64,000 nucleotides of DNA from Candidatus Omnitrophota bacterium (lineage in GTDB: Bacteria > Omnitrophota > Gorgyraeia > Gygaellales > Profunditerraquicolaceae), in NCBI GenBank assembly GCA_025453395.1, contig JALOQK010000004.1:51563-115562 (forward strand). The letters are read 5' to 3'. Below the pieces are notes generated by a model. It did not search any database. It saw nothing but the letters and a program-made list of their open reading frames with translations, and had not been told where the DNA came from. Both the position numbers and the translations under genes were made by a program. Below are positions 45,747-55,424 of the stretch, piece after piece (position 1 is the first letter of the stretch; each line of letters begins with the position of its first letter).

Positions 45747-48662
45747 TTTTCCACAGCACTTCTTATATTTCTTCCCCGAGCCGCAAGGACAAGGTTGGTT
45801 TCTGCCGACTTTTTCCGAAGTTGCCTGTTGCTGCGCAACCGGGGCATTTATATTACTACCTGTATCTCCGGGCGCCTGGCCTTGCTCTGGAAACCCTTCG
45901 GCATCAGGATGCAACATGCGCTGTGAACGCGCTGAGAAAACCTGTTTGAATTTTTCCTGCTGGCTCTGGGGCTGGAGTTTAAAAATAATCTCTGCCGCCT
46001 CTTCTTCAATGGTGGCAATCATTTCCGCAAACATCTCAAAGGCCTCGCGCTTATATTCAATCAAGGGGTCGCGCTGGCCATAGGCGCGAAGCCCAATCCC
46101 CTCTCTTAAACTATCCATGGCGTAAAGGTGCTCTTTCCATTTGGTATCAATAATCTGCAAGAAGACCATGCGCTCTAAATGCCTAAGCATCTTTTCGCCG
46201 ATAGCCTGCTCTTTATTATTGTAATACTCTTGGGCCTTCTCCAGTAAATAGACAGCGGCGTCTTTGGCAGATTTCTCAAAGTCTTTCTTTTCAATTTCTA
46301 TGCCCAATTTAAGCCGCATCTCATCAAATACCACCTGAAAATCACGCGCTTCCGGGTCATTCTCCGAGGCTACATAGGCATTTACCTTTTCTTCAATTAT
46401 TTTACCGGCGACATCAAGAATGCTATCTTTAAGCGAAAGCCCCTCTAAAACATCTCTTCTTTGGGCATAAATAACCTCACGCTGCTTATTCATCACATTG
46501 TCATAATCCAATAATTGCTTGCGAATTTCAAAATTATGCTGCTCCACGCGCTTTTGCGCCACCTCAATGGATCTAGTTACCCAAGGATGCTCAATAACCT
46601 GGCCCTCTTCCAAACCTAAAGCAGCCATCATGCCGCTAATCTTATCTGAACCGAACAAGCGCATCAGATTATCTTCAAGGGAAATATAAAAACGCGATGA
46701 CCCCGGGTCACCCTGCCTGGCGCAGCGGCCGCGCAGCTGATTATCAATACGCCTTGCCTCATGGCGTTCAGTAGCTAAAACATGTAAACCGTCTAAAGCA
46801 ACCACCTGCTCATGCTCTTTAAGGCAGGACTGCTTGAAATCCTGCAGGGCCTTCTTAACCTGGTCATTATAATCCGGGGCCTCTTGATCTAACTTATGCT
46901 GAATAAAACTTTTAGCTAGGAAATCCGGATTGCCCCCTAAAAGTATATCTGTGCCGCGGCCAGCCATATTTGTGGCAATGGTCACGGCTTTATAATGGCC
47001 TGCCTGCGCCACAATTTGCGCTTCTCTTTCATGATGTTTAGCATTTAAAACTTCATGTTCTATCCCGCGCATCTTTAACATCTCTGAAAGCTTTTCGGAT
47101 TTATCAATGGATACTGTCCCCACTAATACGGGCCTGCCTTTTTCATGCAATTCACAGATTTCATCTACCACTGCTTTAAATTTCTCTTTTTCCGTGCGGT
47201 AAATACAATCCGGATAATTATGACGGATCAAGGGCCGGTTGGTAGGAACATTGACCACGTCCAGCCGGTATATATCCTTGAATTCATTGGCCTCGGTAGA
47301 AGCTGTGCCGGTCATGCCGGAAAGCTTCTCATACATACGGAAGTAATTCTGAAAAGTCACTGTAGCTAAAGTTTGGTTTTCCCGCTCAATCTTAATGCCT
47401 TCTTTTGCCTCTACCGCCTGGTGCAGGCCATCGGACCAGCGCCTTCCGGGCATCATTCTTCCGGTAAACTCATCCACAATGATAACTTCGCCGTCCTTAA
47501 CCACATAATCCACGTCGCGCTGGAAGAATTCTTTAGCGCGCAAGGCCTGAATAGTATGGTGCCTGAATTCCATAGTATCAATATTATGCAGGCTTTCTAC
47601 CCCCCAAAGTTTTGCCGCGCGGGATTCTCCGTCTTCAGTCAAAGATATCGTCCTTGCTTTCTCGTCGGCGAGATATTCATACCCTTTGGTTAAATCAATC
47701 CCTTTGTGCTTGGCATTAATCTCATCTTTCTCAAGCACTCTTCTGCCCTTTAAAGAATCAGCGATATGCCGGGCAGTATAATATTTATCGGTTGCCTCTT
47801 CAGCCGGGCCGGAAATAATTAGCGGGGTGCGCGCTTCATCAATCAAGATTGAATCCACTTCATCCACAATCGCAAAATAAAAACCTCTCTGCACAAGATC
47901 TTCAAGGTTGTATTTCATATTATCGCGCAGATAATCAAAACCAAACTCGTTGTTGGTGCCATAGGTAATATCGCAATTATAAGCGGCCTGTCTTTCCTGG
48001 TCATCCATTTCATGCTGAATAACCCCCACGGTTAAACCTAAGAATTCAAACACCGGCCCCATCCATTCCCGGTCGCGTCTGGCTAAATAATCATTGACCG
48101 TAACAATATGCACGCCCTTGCCTAAAAGCGCGTTTAAATAAGCTGCCAATGTTGCTACAAGGGTCTTCCCTTCTCCGGTGGACATTTCAGAGATTTTCCC
48201 CTCGTGCAAAATAACCCCGCCGGCTATCTGCACATCAAAATGCCTCAAACCGATGGCGCGCTTAGAGGCTTCTCTTACTACGGCAAAACTTTCTGCCAAG
48301 ATATCTTCAAAGATTTTATTGCGGGTGGATTTTATTTTCTCTTTGATGCGGTCCTTCTCCTCGGGTATAGCTACTTCAAAAAGCTCTGCCTCTAACTGTT
48401 CTATCTGAGAGGCGCATTCCCTGGCCTTATCGGAAATGTGTTGCCTGAAATAATCTGTTTTCTCTTTTAACTGCGCATCGCTTAAACCAGAAATTGTTTC
48501 TTCAAAGGAATTTACTTTATAGACTATCCCCGCCAAATCCGCCATTTTGCTCATTGATGGAGATGGCATATCCGGATGCAAAACAATATTGACTCCGGGA
48601 AAATTCTTTACAATGCCGCCCTGCTTGCTTTTTAACACCTGCTGTTTAATCCATCCGAACAT
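45744..48662 (-). CDS. secA: preprotein translocase ATPase SecA
   Basis: DEAD-motor motifs, the preprotein cross-linking domain and the C-terminal zinc-binding tail CPCGSGKKYKKCCG. 972 aa. Confidence 0.95.
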   Translation of the reverse strand: MFGWIKQQVLKSKQGGIVKNFPGVNIVLHPDMPSPSMSKMADLAGIVYKVNSFEETISGLSDAQLKEKTDYFRQHISDKARECASQIEQLEAELFEVAIPEEKDRIKEKIKSTRNKIFEDILAESFAVVREASKRAIGLRHFDVQIAGGVILHEGKISEMSTGEGKTLVATLAAYLNALLGKGVHIVTVNDYLARRDREWMGPVFEFLGLTVGVIQHEMDDQERQAAYNCDITYGTNNEFGFDYLRDNMKYNLEDLVQRGFYFAIVDEVDSILIDEARTPLIISGPAEEATDKYYTARHIADSLKGRRVLEKDEINAKHKGIDLTKGYEYLADEKARTISLTEDGESRAAKLWGVESLHNIDTMEFRHHTIQALRAKEFFQRDVDYVVKDGEVIIVDEFTGRMMPGRRWSDGLHQAVEAKEGIKIERENQTLATVTFQNYFRMYEKLSGMTGTASTEANEFKDIYRLDVVNVPTNRPLIRHNYPDCIYRTEKEKFKAVVDEICELHEKGRPVLVGTVSIDKSEKLSEMLKMRGIEHEVLNAKHHEREAQIVAQAGHYKAVTIATNMAGRGTDILLGGNPDFLAKSFIQHKLDQEAPDYNDQVKKALQDFKQSCLKEHEQVVALDGLHVLATERHEARRIDNQLRGRCARQGDPGSSRFYISLEDNLMRLFGSDKISGMMAALGLEEGQVIEHPWVTRSIEVAQKRVEQHNFEIRKQLLDYDNVMNKQREVIYAQRRDVLEGLSLKDSILDVAGKIIEEKVNAYVASENDPEARDFQVVFDEMRLKLGIEIEKKDFEKSAKDAAVYLLEKAQEYYNNKEQAIGEKMLRHLERMVFLQIIDTKWKEHLYAMDSLREGIGLRAYGQRDPLIEYKREAFEMFAEMIATIEEEAAEIIFKLQPQSQQEKFKQVFSARSQRMLHPDAEGFPEQGQAPGDTGSNINAPVAQQQATSEKVGRNQPCPCGSGKKYKKCCGK

Positions 48663-48663
48663 T

Positions 48664-49768
48664 TTAATTTGCTCCTTGCGCCTGTAATTTTAAGAAGGCT
48701 TCAATAAAACCCCAGATTTTACCATCTAAAACTGCCGCGGTATCCGCTGTCTCATAATCACTTCTGTGGTCCTTAACCATGTTATAAGGATGCAGCACAT
48801 AAGAGCGGATTTGGCTGCCCCATTCAATCTTTTTCTTAGGCGTTCCACAGGTTTTTGTTAAAGCAGCCTCCTGCTCCTGCTGCTTTTGCTGATAAATGCG
48901 CGCTTTTAATATGTTTAAAGCCACCTGCTTATTTTGATGCTGCGAACGCTCATTCTGGCATTGCGCGGCTAAGCCGGTAGGGATATGGGTAATCCTGACC
49001 GCGGAATCCGTAGTATTGACGCTTTGCCCTCCGGCGCCTGATGAACGAAAAACATCAATGCGTAAATCTTTTTCTTCAATTTTGAAATCCACTTCTTCCA
49101 CTTCAGGGATAGCATCCACTGAAGCAAAAGAAGTATGCCTTCTTTTATTAGCGTCAAAAGGCGAAATACGCACCAGCCTATGCACCCCGCGTTCTGCCTT
49201 TAAATATCCGTAGGCATAAGGGCCTTCGACAAGAACAGTAACATTCTTTATCCCTGCCTCTTCTCCAAGCAAAATATCCAAAACCTTGAAAGTAAATTCT
49301 TTGCTTTGCGCGAAACGGCTGTACATCCTGAAAAGCATCTCTACCCAATCGCAGGATTCTGTGCCGCCGGCTCCGGAATTAATACTTAAGATGCAGTTAT
49401 TTTTATCAAATTCACCAGATAAAAGAGTGTGAAACTCCAAGCGGTTGGTTTCTTCAATAATAGAATCAAGGGTCGCCTCTATCTGGCGGATAAAACTTTG
49501 CTCCTCGCCTTCGGACAGCTCAAGAAGCTCTTTTGTCTCTGTTGCCCGGAAATACAACTCGTCCCAAGGCTGGACAATGTTCTTTAAAACTTTGATTTGC
49601 TTAACAACCTTTGTGGAATTATCCTGATTATCCCAAAATCCTTCCTGGGACATCTGCGCGTTAAGCTGTCTGATCTTCTCTTTATTCTTATCTACATCAA
49701 AGATAACCTCGTAGTTGCTGGAGGCGGGCTTGAATGGCTGAAAGCTGATCTTTTATTTCTTCAAACAT
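48664..49768 (-). CDS. prfB: peptide chain release factor 2 with programmed +1 frameshift (the ORF track shows only the post-shift part)
   Basis: The frame-0 segment MFEEIKDQLSAIQARLQQLRGYL ends at an in-frame TGA within the CTT TGA T context (around 49697-49705). The +1 frame continues as DVDKNKEKIRQLNAQMSQEGFW... The SPF and GGQ motifs lie downstream, and a GAGGAG RBS lies upstream of 49768. Confidence 0.9.
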
Positions 49769-49784
49769 AACTTTTCTCCTCTTA

Positions 49785-50858
49785 CTATCTTTTCTTGATC
49801 CCTCTTAAAGAAAGCGAAAATTCCTCTTTATTGTCGGAAAACCGCATAGCTTCCTCTTCGCTTACCTTGCCTTGAGTAACTAATTTCACCAGGCATTGGT
49901 TAAAAGAACACATATTATAAATCTGCCCCTCTTCAATAAAACGGGTTATCTCATCATCCTTGGCTTCGCGGATAAGCCGGCTTATCGTGGGGGTAAGAAG
50001 CATAGTCTCATACGCCGGGATGCGGCCTGCCTGGTCTTTAAACGGCATAAGGCGCAAAGAAATAATCCCTTTCAGAAGGCTTGAAAGCTGGATACGGATC
50101 TGTTGATGCTGATGCGGCGGAAAGAAATTCACTATTCTTTCCACGCTTTGCGGGGCATTAACCGTATGAAGCGTGCTTAAGACTAACACCCCTGTTTCAG
50201 CCGCGGTCAAAGCAGCGGACATAGTTTCGCGGTCGCGGATGTTAGCGATATAGATCACATCCGGGCTCTGCAATGTAAAGGCCCTTAAAGCAGTTTCATA
50301 TGAAGATACATCCAGCCCCAGCTCCCTCTGATTAACTATGGATTTCTTATCAGAAAAGGTAAATTCTATGGGCTCTTCAATGGTTAGAATATGCCGGCTT
50401 GAGTTCTGGTTGATATACTCTATCATACTGGCGATAGTAGTGGACTTGCCGCTTCCCATAGTTCCGGTTAGAAGCACCAGGCCCCTTTTCTCCATGGCGA
50501 GGTTTTCCAGCACCTTCGAAGGCAGATTTAACTCTTCGAAACTATTTATGTGGTTGCGCACATTCCTGACTACTATTGAAGGAGAATTGCGCTGACAAAA
50601 TATGCTGACCCTGAAACGCCTGTCCATTTCCGCCAGATAAAACGCGAAGTCCACATCCATATTATTGCGAAAGGTATCCCTTTGGCCGGCGGTGGTAATC
50701 TCCTCTATGGCCTTGTGCATCTGCTCAATAGTCACAATAGAGTTGTCTACGCTGATAACTACGCCATCTATGCGGATATGCGGCAGGCCGCCGACCCTGA
50801 AGAACAAATCCGAAGCATCGCGGTTGACCATTTCTTTAAGTAAATCTCTTATCATCAT
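49785..50858 (-). CDS. pilT: type IV pilus retraction ATPase PilT
   Basis: Walker A GTMGSGKST and the Asp/His boxes of secretion ATPases. 357 aa. Confidence 0.85.
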   Translation of the reverse strand: MMIRDLLKEMVNRDASDLFFRVGGLPHIRIDGVVISVDNSIVTIEQMHKAIEEITTAGQRDTFRNNMDVDFAFYLAEMDRRFRVSIFCQRNSPSIVVRNVRNHINSFEELNLPSKVLENLAMEKRGLVLLTGTMGSGKSTTIASMIEYINQNSSRHILTIEEPIEFTFSDKKSIVNQRELGLDVSSYETALRAFTLQSPDVIYIANIRDRETMSAALTAAETGVLVLSTLHTVNAPQSVERIVNFFPPHQHQQIRIQLSSLLKGIISLRLMPFKDQAGRIPAYETMLLTPTISRLIREAKDDEITRFIEEGQIYNMCSFNQCLVKLVTQGKVSEEEAMRFSDNKEEFSLSLRGIKKR

Positions 50859-50880
50859 TTTCTTAACCTCCGAAAAGTTA

Positions 50881-51150
50881 TTATACCATCTGCTTAAGGA
50901 TTTGTCTTTCTAAATCTATCAAAAGCCTTTTCTTATTTGCGCCCTGCGAATATCCCCCCAGTTTTCCAGAAGAAGCTATAACCCTGTGGCAGGGGATAAT
51001 AATAAGATAAGGATTTCTCTTTAATGCCTGCCCCACTGCGCGGCTTGATAAGGGCAAACCGATCTTACGCGCTACCCATTTATAAGTGCGCACCTGCCCA
51101 AATGGAATGCCTAAGACCGCCTTATAAACTTTAATCTGAAAATCCGTCAT
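50881..51150 (-). CDS. MGMT-family protein (6-O-methylguanine DNA methyltransferase DNA-binding domain, active-site Cys retained)
   Basis: PCHRV motif. An 89 aa standalone domain. Confidence 0.75.
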   Translation of the reverse strand: MTDFQIKVYKAVLGIPFGQVRTYKWVARKIGLPLSSRAVGQALKRNPYLIIIPCHRVIASSGKLGGYSQGANKKRLLIDLERQILKQMV

Positions 51151-52388
51151 TTATTATGCAAATTTTTCTTTCTTAAAAGCCTATGATAAGTAATAGCGAA
51201 TCGATGCGCCTGATCACGGATATGCCGGATAAGATTTAACGCTTTTGAGCCTTCTTTAAAGCGCACTGGAAAAGCGCGATTGACAATATATAAATTTTCT
51301 CTTTTTTTAGCGATACTGCATAAAGCAATAGAAAGCCCTAACTTTCTTATTTCCCTCAAGGCTGTCTCTAAATGCCCTTTGCCTCCATCAATAAGCACTA
51401 AATCCGGCAAGGCAAGATTGTTTGAAACAAGATAAGAATACCTCCTTCGCACTACTTCCGCCATCATCCCGTAATCATTAACCCCGGAAACAGTCTTGAT
51501 GCGAAACCTGCGGTAATTATTTTTGTCTGGATGGCCGTTATAAAAACTGACCATTGAAGCGCAGGCCTGCTGCCCGGCAATATTAGAGATATCAAAGGCT
51601 TCAATTCTTAAAGGCACTTTTTCTAAATTAAGCGCCTTGCGCAATTGCTCCAAGGCGTCATCATTGCTAAAAGGACTTGCCTGGCGCATCACCGAAAGGG
51701 CCTGGATTTGATCCCTTAATCCAGCTGCCTCTTCAAATTCCCGCTTCACGGACTTTTTGTGCATCTTCAAGGAAAGCTCTTGGATTAATTCTTCAAACTT
51801 TCCCTCTAAGAAAAGGATGATTTCTTTGATAATCTTTTTATACTCATCCCGGTCCATTGCTCCAACGCAAACAGCCGGGCACATCTTTAAGCGCGCATAC
51901 AAACAAGGGGCCTTGGGCATCTTGCGGCAGGAGCGGAAACCAAAAAGCCTGCGCACTAATTTCAGTGTCACACGCAAACTTTGCGCATCAGTAAAAGGGC
52001 CAAAATACAGGGAATTATCGTTTTTCTTAATCTGGCGCCTGCGGCAAATGGACACTATCGGGAAATCTTCAGAGGTTATTTTTATAAAAGGAAAGGATTT
52101 ATCGTCTTTTAGATCAGTATTGTAGCGCGGCTGTTTATCGCGGATAAGCTTTGCCTCCAGGATATTAGCCTTAGATTCGGTAGGGGCACTTATATAATCC
52201 AAATCCTCTACCCTGGAAACAAGCGCCTGTATCTTTGAAGAAAGCTGCTTGCTAAAATAAGAATAGACCCTTTTCTTTAAAGACTTGGCCTTGCCGATGT
52301 AAATAATCTTTTTATCTTTATCCTTAAATATATATACCCCGGGGGCATCAGGCAGGGAAATAACTTTCTTTTTAAGCGCTTCATCCAT
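51147..52388 (-). CDS. uvrC: excinuclease ABC subunit C, short form (no C-terminal HhH2 domain)
   Basis: GIY-YIG (GVYIF..YIGKA), a UvrBC interaction region and an RNaseH-like endonuclease domain. It is only 413 aa long. Confidence 0.75.
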   Translation of the reverse strand: MDEALKKKVISLPDAPGVYIFKDKDKKIIYIGKAKSLKKRVYSYFSKQLSSKIQALVSRVEDLDYISAPTESKANILEAKLIRDKQPRYNTDLKDDKSFPFIKITSEDFPIVSICRRRQIKKNDNSLYFGPFTDAQSLRVTLKLVRRLFGFRSCRKMPKAPCLYARLKMCPAVCVGAMDRDEYKKIIKEIILFLEGKFEELIQELSLKMHKKSVKREFEEAAGLRDQIQALSVMRQASPFSNDDALEQLRKALNLEKVPLRIEAFDISNIAGQQACASMVSFYNGHPDKNNYRRFRIKTVSGVNDYGMMAEVVRRRYSYLVSNNLALPDLVLIDGGKGHLETALREIRKLGLSIALCSIAKKRENLYIVNRAFPVRFKEGSKALNLIRHIRDQAHRFAITYHRLLRKKNLHNK

Positions 52389-52391
52389 GTT

Positions 52392-53945
52392 TTATTTTTT
52401 TAAAGTTAACAAACAGAAAAACTGCTTCATTTCACGCAAGCCCAAGATAAAACAGAATAAAACGTAAGAACAAAAGGAAAGAAGCGTCACTAACAATAAA
52501 TAAGATGCCTTCTGCCAGAAAAATGCCGTTTCCGGAGAGAATTTCTTTAGCCAAAAACAAACCGTGCCCATGCAAACGCTGGCGATGGACACGCGCCATA
52601 AACTGCTTAAAGTTTCTTTTAAGGCATGGATGCCGATATGCTTCTCTAAGGCGAAAGACAACACTATCGCGCAGATAAATCCCGCTATGGAGCTTGACAA
52701 GGCAATCCCGGAGGCCTTAAGATGAGGAGTCAGAATAAGATTAAAAATAACGCTTAACCCCAGAGACAATGCCGATACCTTCATGGGGATAACCGTATTT
52801 TTCAAAGCAAAGAAACACGACTGAAGTATTTTAACCACAGCGTAGAAAGTTATGCCTAAGCTATAGCAGGCAAATACCCGCGAGGTGATAGAAGCCGAAT
52901 AGGAGTCAAATTTGCCTCCTAAGAAAATACTGGTGATGATCGTATCCGAGAAAATAATGAAAAATACTGACACCGGAAGCATCACCATGAATACCGCGCG
53001 CAAAGAAAAAAGAAGGGTTTGCTTAAGGCAAGTTTTATCTTCGCTGCAAGCCTGAACCGACAGATTCGGCAAAACCGCCTGTGATAGAGAATTGCTGAAA
53101 ACTCCTATTGGGAATTGTATAAGCCGATAGGCAAAATACAAAGCCGCTACCGCGCCTTCCCCGGCTAAAAATGCCAGAGACCCAAAAATAGAATCCACAA
53201 AATTACTCAACTGATAAATAGAAGAACTTAAGATCCGCGGCATCATAAGCTTACCGATCGCAATGGCCGCGGGATGCTTAAAGTTTTTAAAAAGACGCAA
53301 GCGAAAACCTTTGCGCAAAAGTACCGGTATCTGTATAGCAAGCTGTAAGAACCCTCCTGCCAAAACGCCTCCTGCCAGGCCTAAAGACCCCTCCCCAAAG
53401 ACTAAAGCAAAAACAATAATCGAGATATTTAGAAGGCAGGGCGCGAATGCCGGAACGCTAAAATGCCCCAGGCAATTTAAAATCGCCATAGAATATGCCG
53501 CTAAGCTTACTAAAATTATATAAGGGAAAATAATCTGGTTAAGTTTTATGGTGAGGGCTAATTTCTCTGGAGAAGCGGCAAATCCGGGAGCGATAAGCCG
53601 GACAATTACCGGAGACAAAACTATGCCGGCTATCGCAATAGCGGCAAGTATCACCAATAGAAGATTTAAAACTATGTTGGCTAATTCCCAGAATTCTTCT
53701 TTGGTATGGTCAAGTTTATACTGGCTAAATACCGGGACAATCGCGGAATTAGCTGCGCCCTCGCCTACCAAGTCCCGGAAAAGATTAGGAATACGAAATG
53801 CCACCACAAACGCCTGGGCAAAGGAATAGACCCCGAAAAGCCTGGCCAAAACCACATCCCGTAAAAAACCCAACAGCCGGGATAAAAAAGTAGCCACCCC
53901 CATGACCAAGGTTGACTTAATAATCGCGTTATGCTGGCTTCTCAT
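52392..53945 (-). CDS. murJ: lipid II flippase MurJ
   Basis: 517 aa, 14 TM helices and the MurJ/MviN N-terminal conserved region (FLSRLLGFLRD). Confidence 0.85.
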   Translation of the reverse strand: MRSQHNAIIKSTLVMGVATFLSRLLGFLRDVVLARLFGVYSFAQAFVVAFRIPNLFRDLVGEGAANSAIVPVFSQYKLDHTKEEFWELANIVLNLLLVILAAIAIAGIVLSPVIVRLIAPGFAASPEKLALTIKLNQIIFPYIILVSLAAYSMAILNCLGHFSVPAFAPCLLNISIIVFALVFGEGSLGLAGGVLAGGFLQLAIQIPVLLRKGFRLRLFKNFKHPAAIAIGKLMMPRILSSSIYQLSNFVDSIFGSLAFLAGEGAVAALYFAYRLIQFPIGVFSNSLSQAVLPNLSVQACSEDKTCLKQTLLFSLRAVFMVMLPVSVFFIIFSDTIITSIFLGGKFDSYSASITSRVFACYSLGITFYAVVKILQSCFFALKNTVIPMKVSALSLGLSVIFNLILTPHLKASGIALSSSIAGFICAIVLSFALEKHIGIHALKETLSSLWRVSIASVCMGTVCFWLKKFSPETAFFWQKASYLLLVTLLSFCSYVLFCFILGLREMKQFFCLLTLKK

Positions 53946-53950
53946 TTATT

Positions 53951-53998
53951 TTGACATTTAAGGCAAATTATGCTATATTTAGCTTCCGATAAGAAGCT
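53951..53998 (+). promoter_or_regulatory. rpsT promoter (TTGACA-17 bp-TATATT) followed by leader hairpin AGCTTC-CGATAA-GAAGCT
   Basis: Seen directly. AAGGAG RBS at 54007-54012, ATG at 54022. Confidence 0.55.
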
Positions 53999-54021
53999 TT
54001 AAACATAAGGAGAATTGAAAG

Positions 54022-54276
54022 ATGCCAAGACGTAAAAGTTCAGTCAAAAGGACCCGCGCAGACAAGAAAAAATACCTGCGTAACCTGCGCATTACCCGTA
54101 AACTAAAAACCGTGTTGAAGGATTTCCAGAAACTGGTGGCTGCTAAGAAAAATGACGAAGCCAAGAAGTTTCTTATGGATGTTTTTTCCCAGCTTGATAA
54201 AGCTGCCAAAAAGAATATTATCCATCCCAACCGGGTCAACCGCACTAAATCCCGCTTAAGCAGAAAATTAAGCTAA
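54022..54276 (+). CDS. rpsT: 30S ribosomal protein S20
   Basis: 84 aa basic helical protein with the S20 N-terminal signature (SVKRTRADKKK...). Confidence 0.95.
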   Translation: MPRRKSSVKRTRADKKKYLRNLRITRKLKTVLKDFQKLVAAKKNDEAKKFLMDVFSQLDKAAKKNIIHPNRVNRTKSRLSRKLS

Positions 54277-54894
54277 TTTTGCCAACATCTTCTCAAGGGC
54301 GAAATGGGGTTTTAACTTTCCGGTTTTAATTTCAATATCACATTCCAGAAGAAGCTTAATTCTGTGTTTGTCAGCCTCCCAGGCATGCCTTAAGCCTCCC
54401 ATGATGCGTTCGGGTTTCTCGCCTTCCTGAAGAAGGCTTTTCAGTATGGCCAGGGCCTCTTTCTTGCGCCCCGTTTCAATCTGGCGGGCCAGGTCAAAGG
54501 CGGTCTTCGGATAAACAACAGAAAAATTAACTACCTTAGAATATGATTTCAATTTATTTATGAACTCATCGCGCTTGTCTTGATAGGATGATTCCAAAAT
54601 AAGCACCAGATAGCCGGCAGGTTTTTTGGCGTAATCAAGCAGAAAATCTTTTAGTTTAGGCTTAAACGCGTCTATGCCTTTAATAATAATCAGCCTCTTG
54701 CCGCTTCCAAAAGGAAGCTGCAGGAATTTTTCCTGCAGTTGGCTTAAATTAAGGTCGCGCGCGTAACAAAGCTCAAGATTAAACTGCGCGGCATTTTTTG
54801 GAATGGTCTTTTCTTTGATTTGATCAATAGAGGCGTCTTTTTCTTGGGAGCTTTCCCCCAAAAAAAGATAGATGGATGCAGCATTGCTTACCAT
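54268..54894 (-). CDS. holA: DNA polymerase III delta subunit (short)
   Basis: IYLFLGES N-terminal motif of HolA. The gene order lptE-holA is conserved. Only 208 aa. Confidence 0.6.
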   Translation of the reverse strand: MVSNAASIYLFLGESSQEKDASIDQIKEKTIPKNAAQFNLELCYARDLNLSQLQEKFLQLPFGSGKRLIIIKGIDAFKPKLKDFLLDYAKKPAGYLVLILESSYQDKRDEFINKLKSYSKVVNFSVVYPKTAFDLARQIETGRKKEALAILKSLLQEGEKPERIMGGLRHAWEADKHRIKLLLECDIEIKTGKLKPHFALEKMLAKLA

Positions 54895-55424
54895 TGCTCA
54901 ACGGTTCTCTCAACTATGCGGCGGGCCAGGTCATTTACCGCTTCATTTATGGCAACAGATTCTGATTTAGCTGCCGGGCCAGAGGTAAAATAGGTGTAGT
55001 CTCCGGTAAAGCCTTTTTCTTCCCACAATACCTCATCCTTATGCCGGTCATAAAGCTTCAAATCAACCACAACATTTAACCTGTACTCATAGACATCGTC
55101 ACTATCAGTATACCTTAAAGGGTCGCGGCGGAAATCCACTAAAGAGCCCCTCAAAACCAGATCCGAAGACTGCTCTTGGGTTGGCTTGAGATTTCCGTCT
55201 AACATATACCTGCTGCTGGTGGCCTTGGCAACATCTGTTTCAAGCCCGGGTTTATATAATTTATATTTGTTCCCGGATAAAGCGGCATCCGTAAAATCCA
55301 TTTTATTCTCAAACTGGGCTATATATATGGTTTTGTACTGCCCGGAAAGCAAAGAACGCGTAGTATAACCGCACCCGGCGGATAAAAGAACGGCAAGAAA
55401 TAAAGAAAATATTCTTATTTTCAT
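54888..55424 (-). CDS. lptE: LPS-assembly lipoprotein LptE
   Basis: Lipobox LLSAGC, about 178 aa, in the conserved position upstream of holA. Confidence 0.65.
   Translation of the reverse strand: MKIRIFSLFLAVLLSAGCGYTTRSLLSGQYKTIYIAQFENKMDFTDAALSGNKYKLYKPGLETDVAKATSSRYMLDGNLKPTQEQSSDLVLRGSLVDFRRDPLRYTDSDDVYEYRLNVVVDLKLYDRHKDEVLWEEKGFTGDYTYFTSGPAAKSESVAINEAVNDLARRIVERTVEQW

Noticed and set aside
49735-49749. GGCTGAAAGCTGA, resembling the heptamer repeat family, near the prfB start
   Set aside because: It lies inside the prfB frame-0 coding segment (encodes DQLSAI). It has only two units and is inverted relative to the coding strand compared with the intercistronic arrays. It is likely coincidental.
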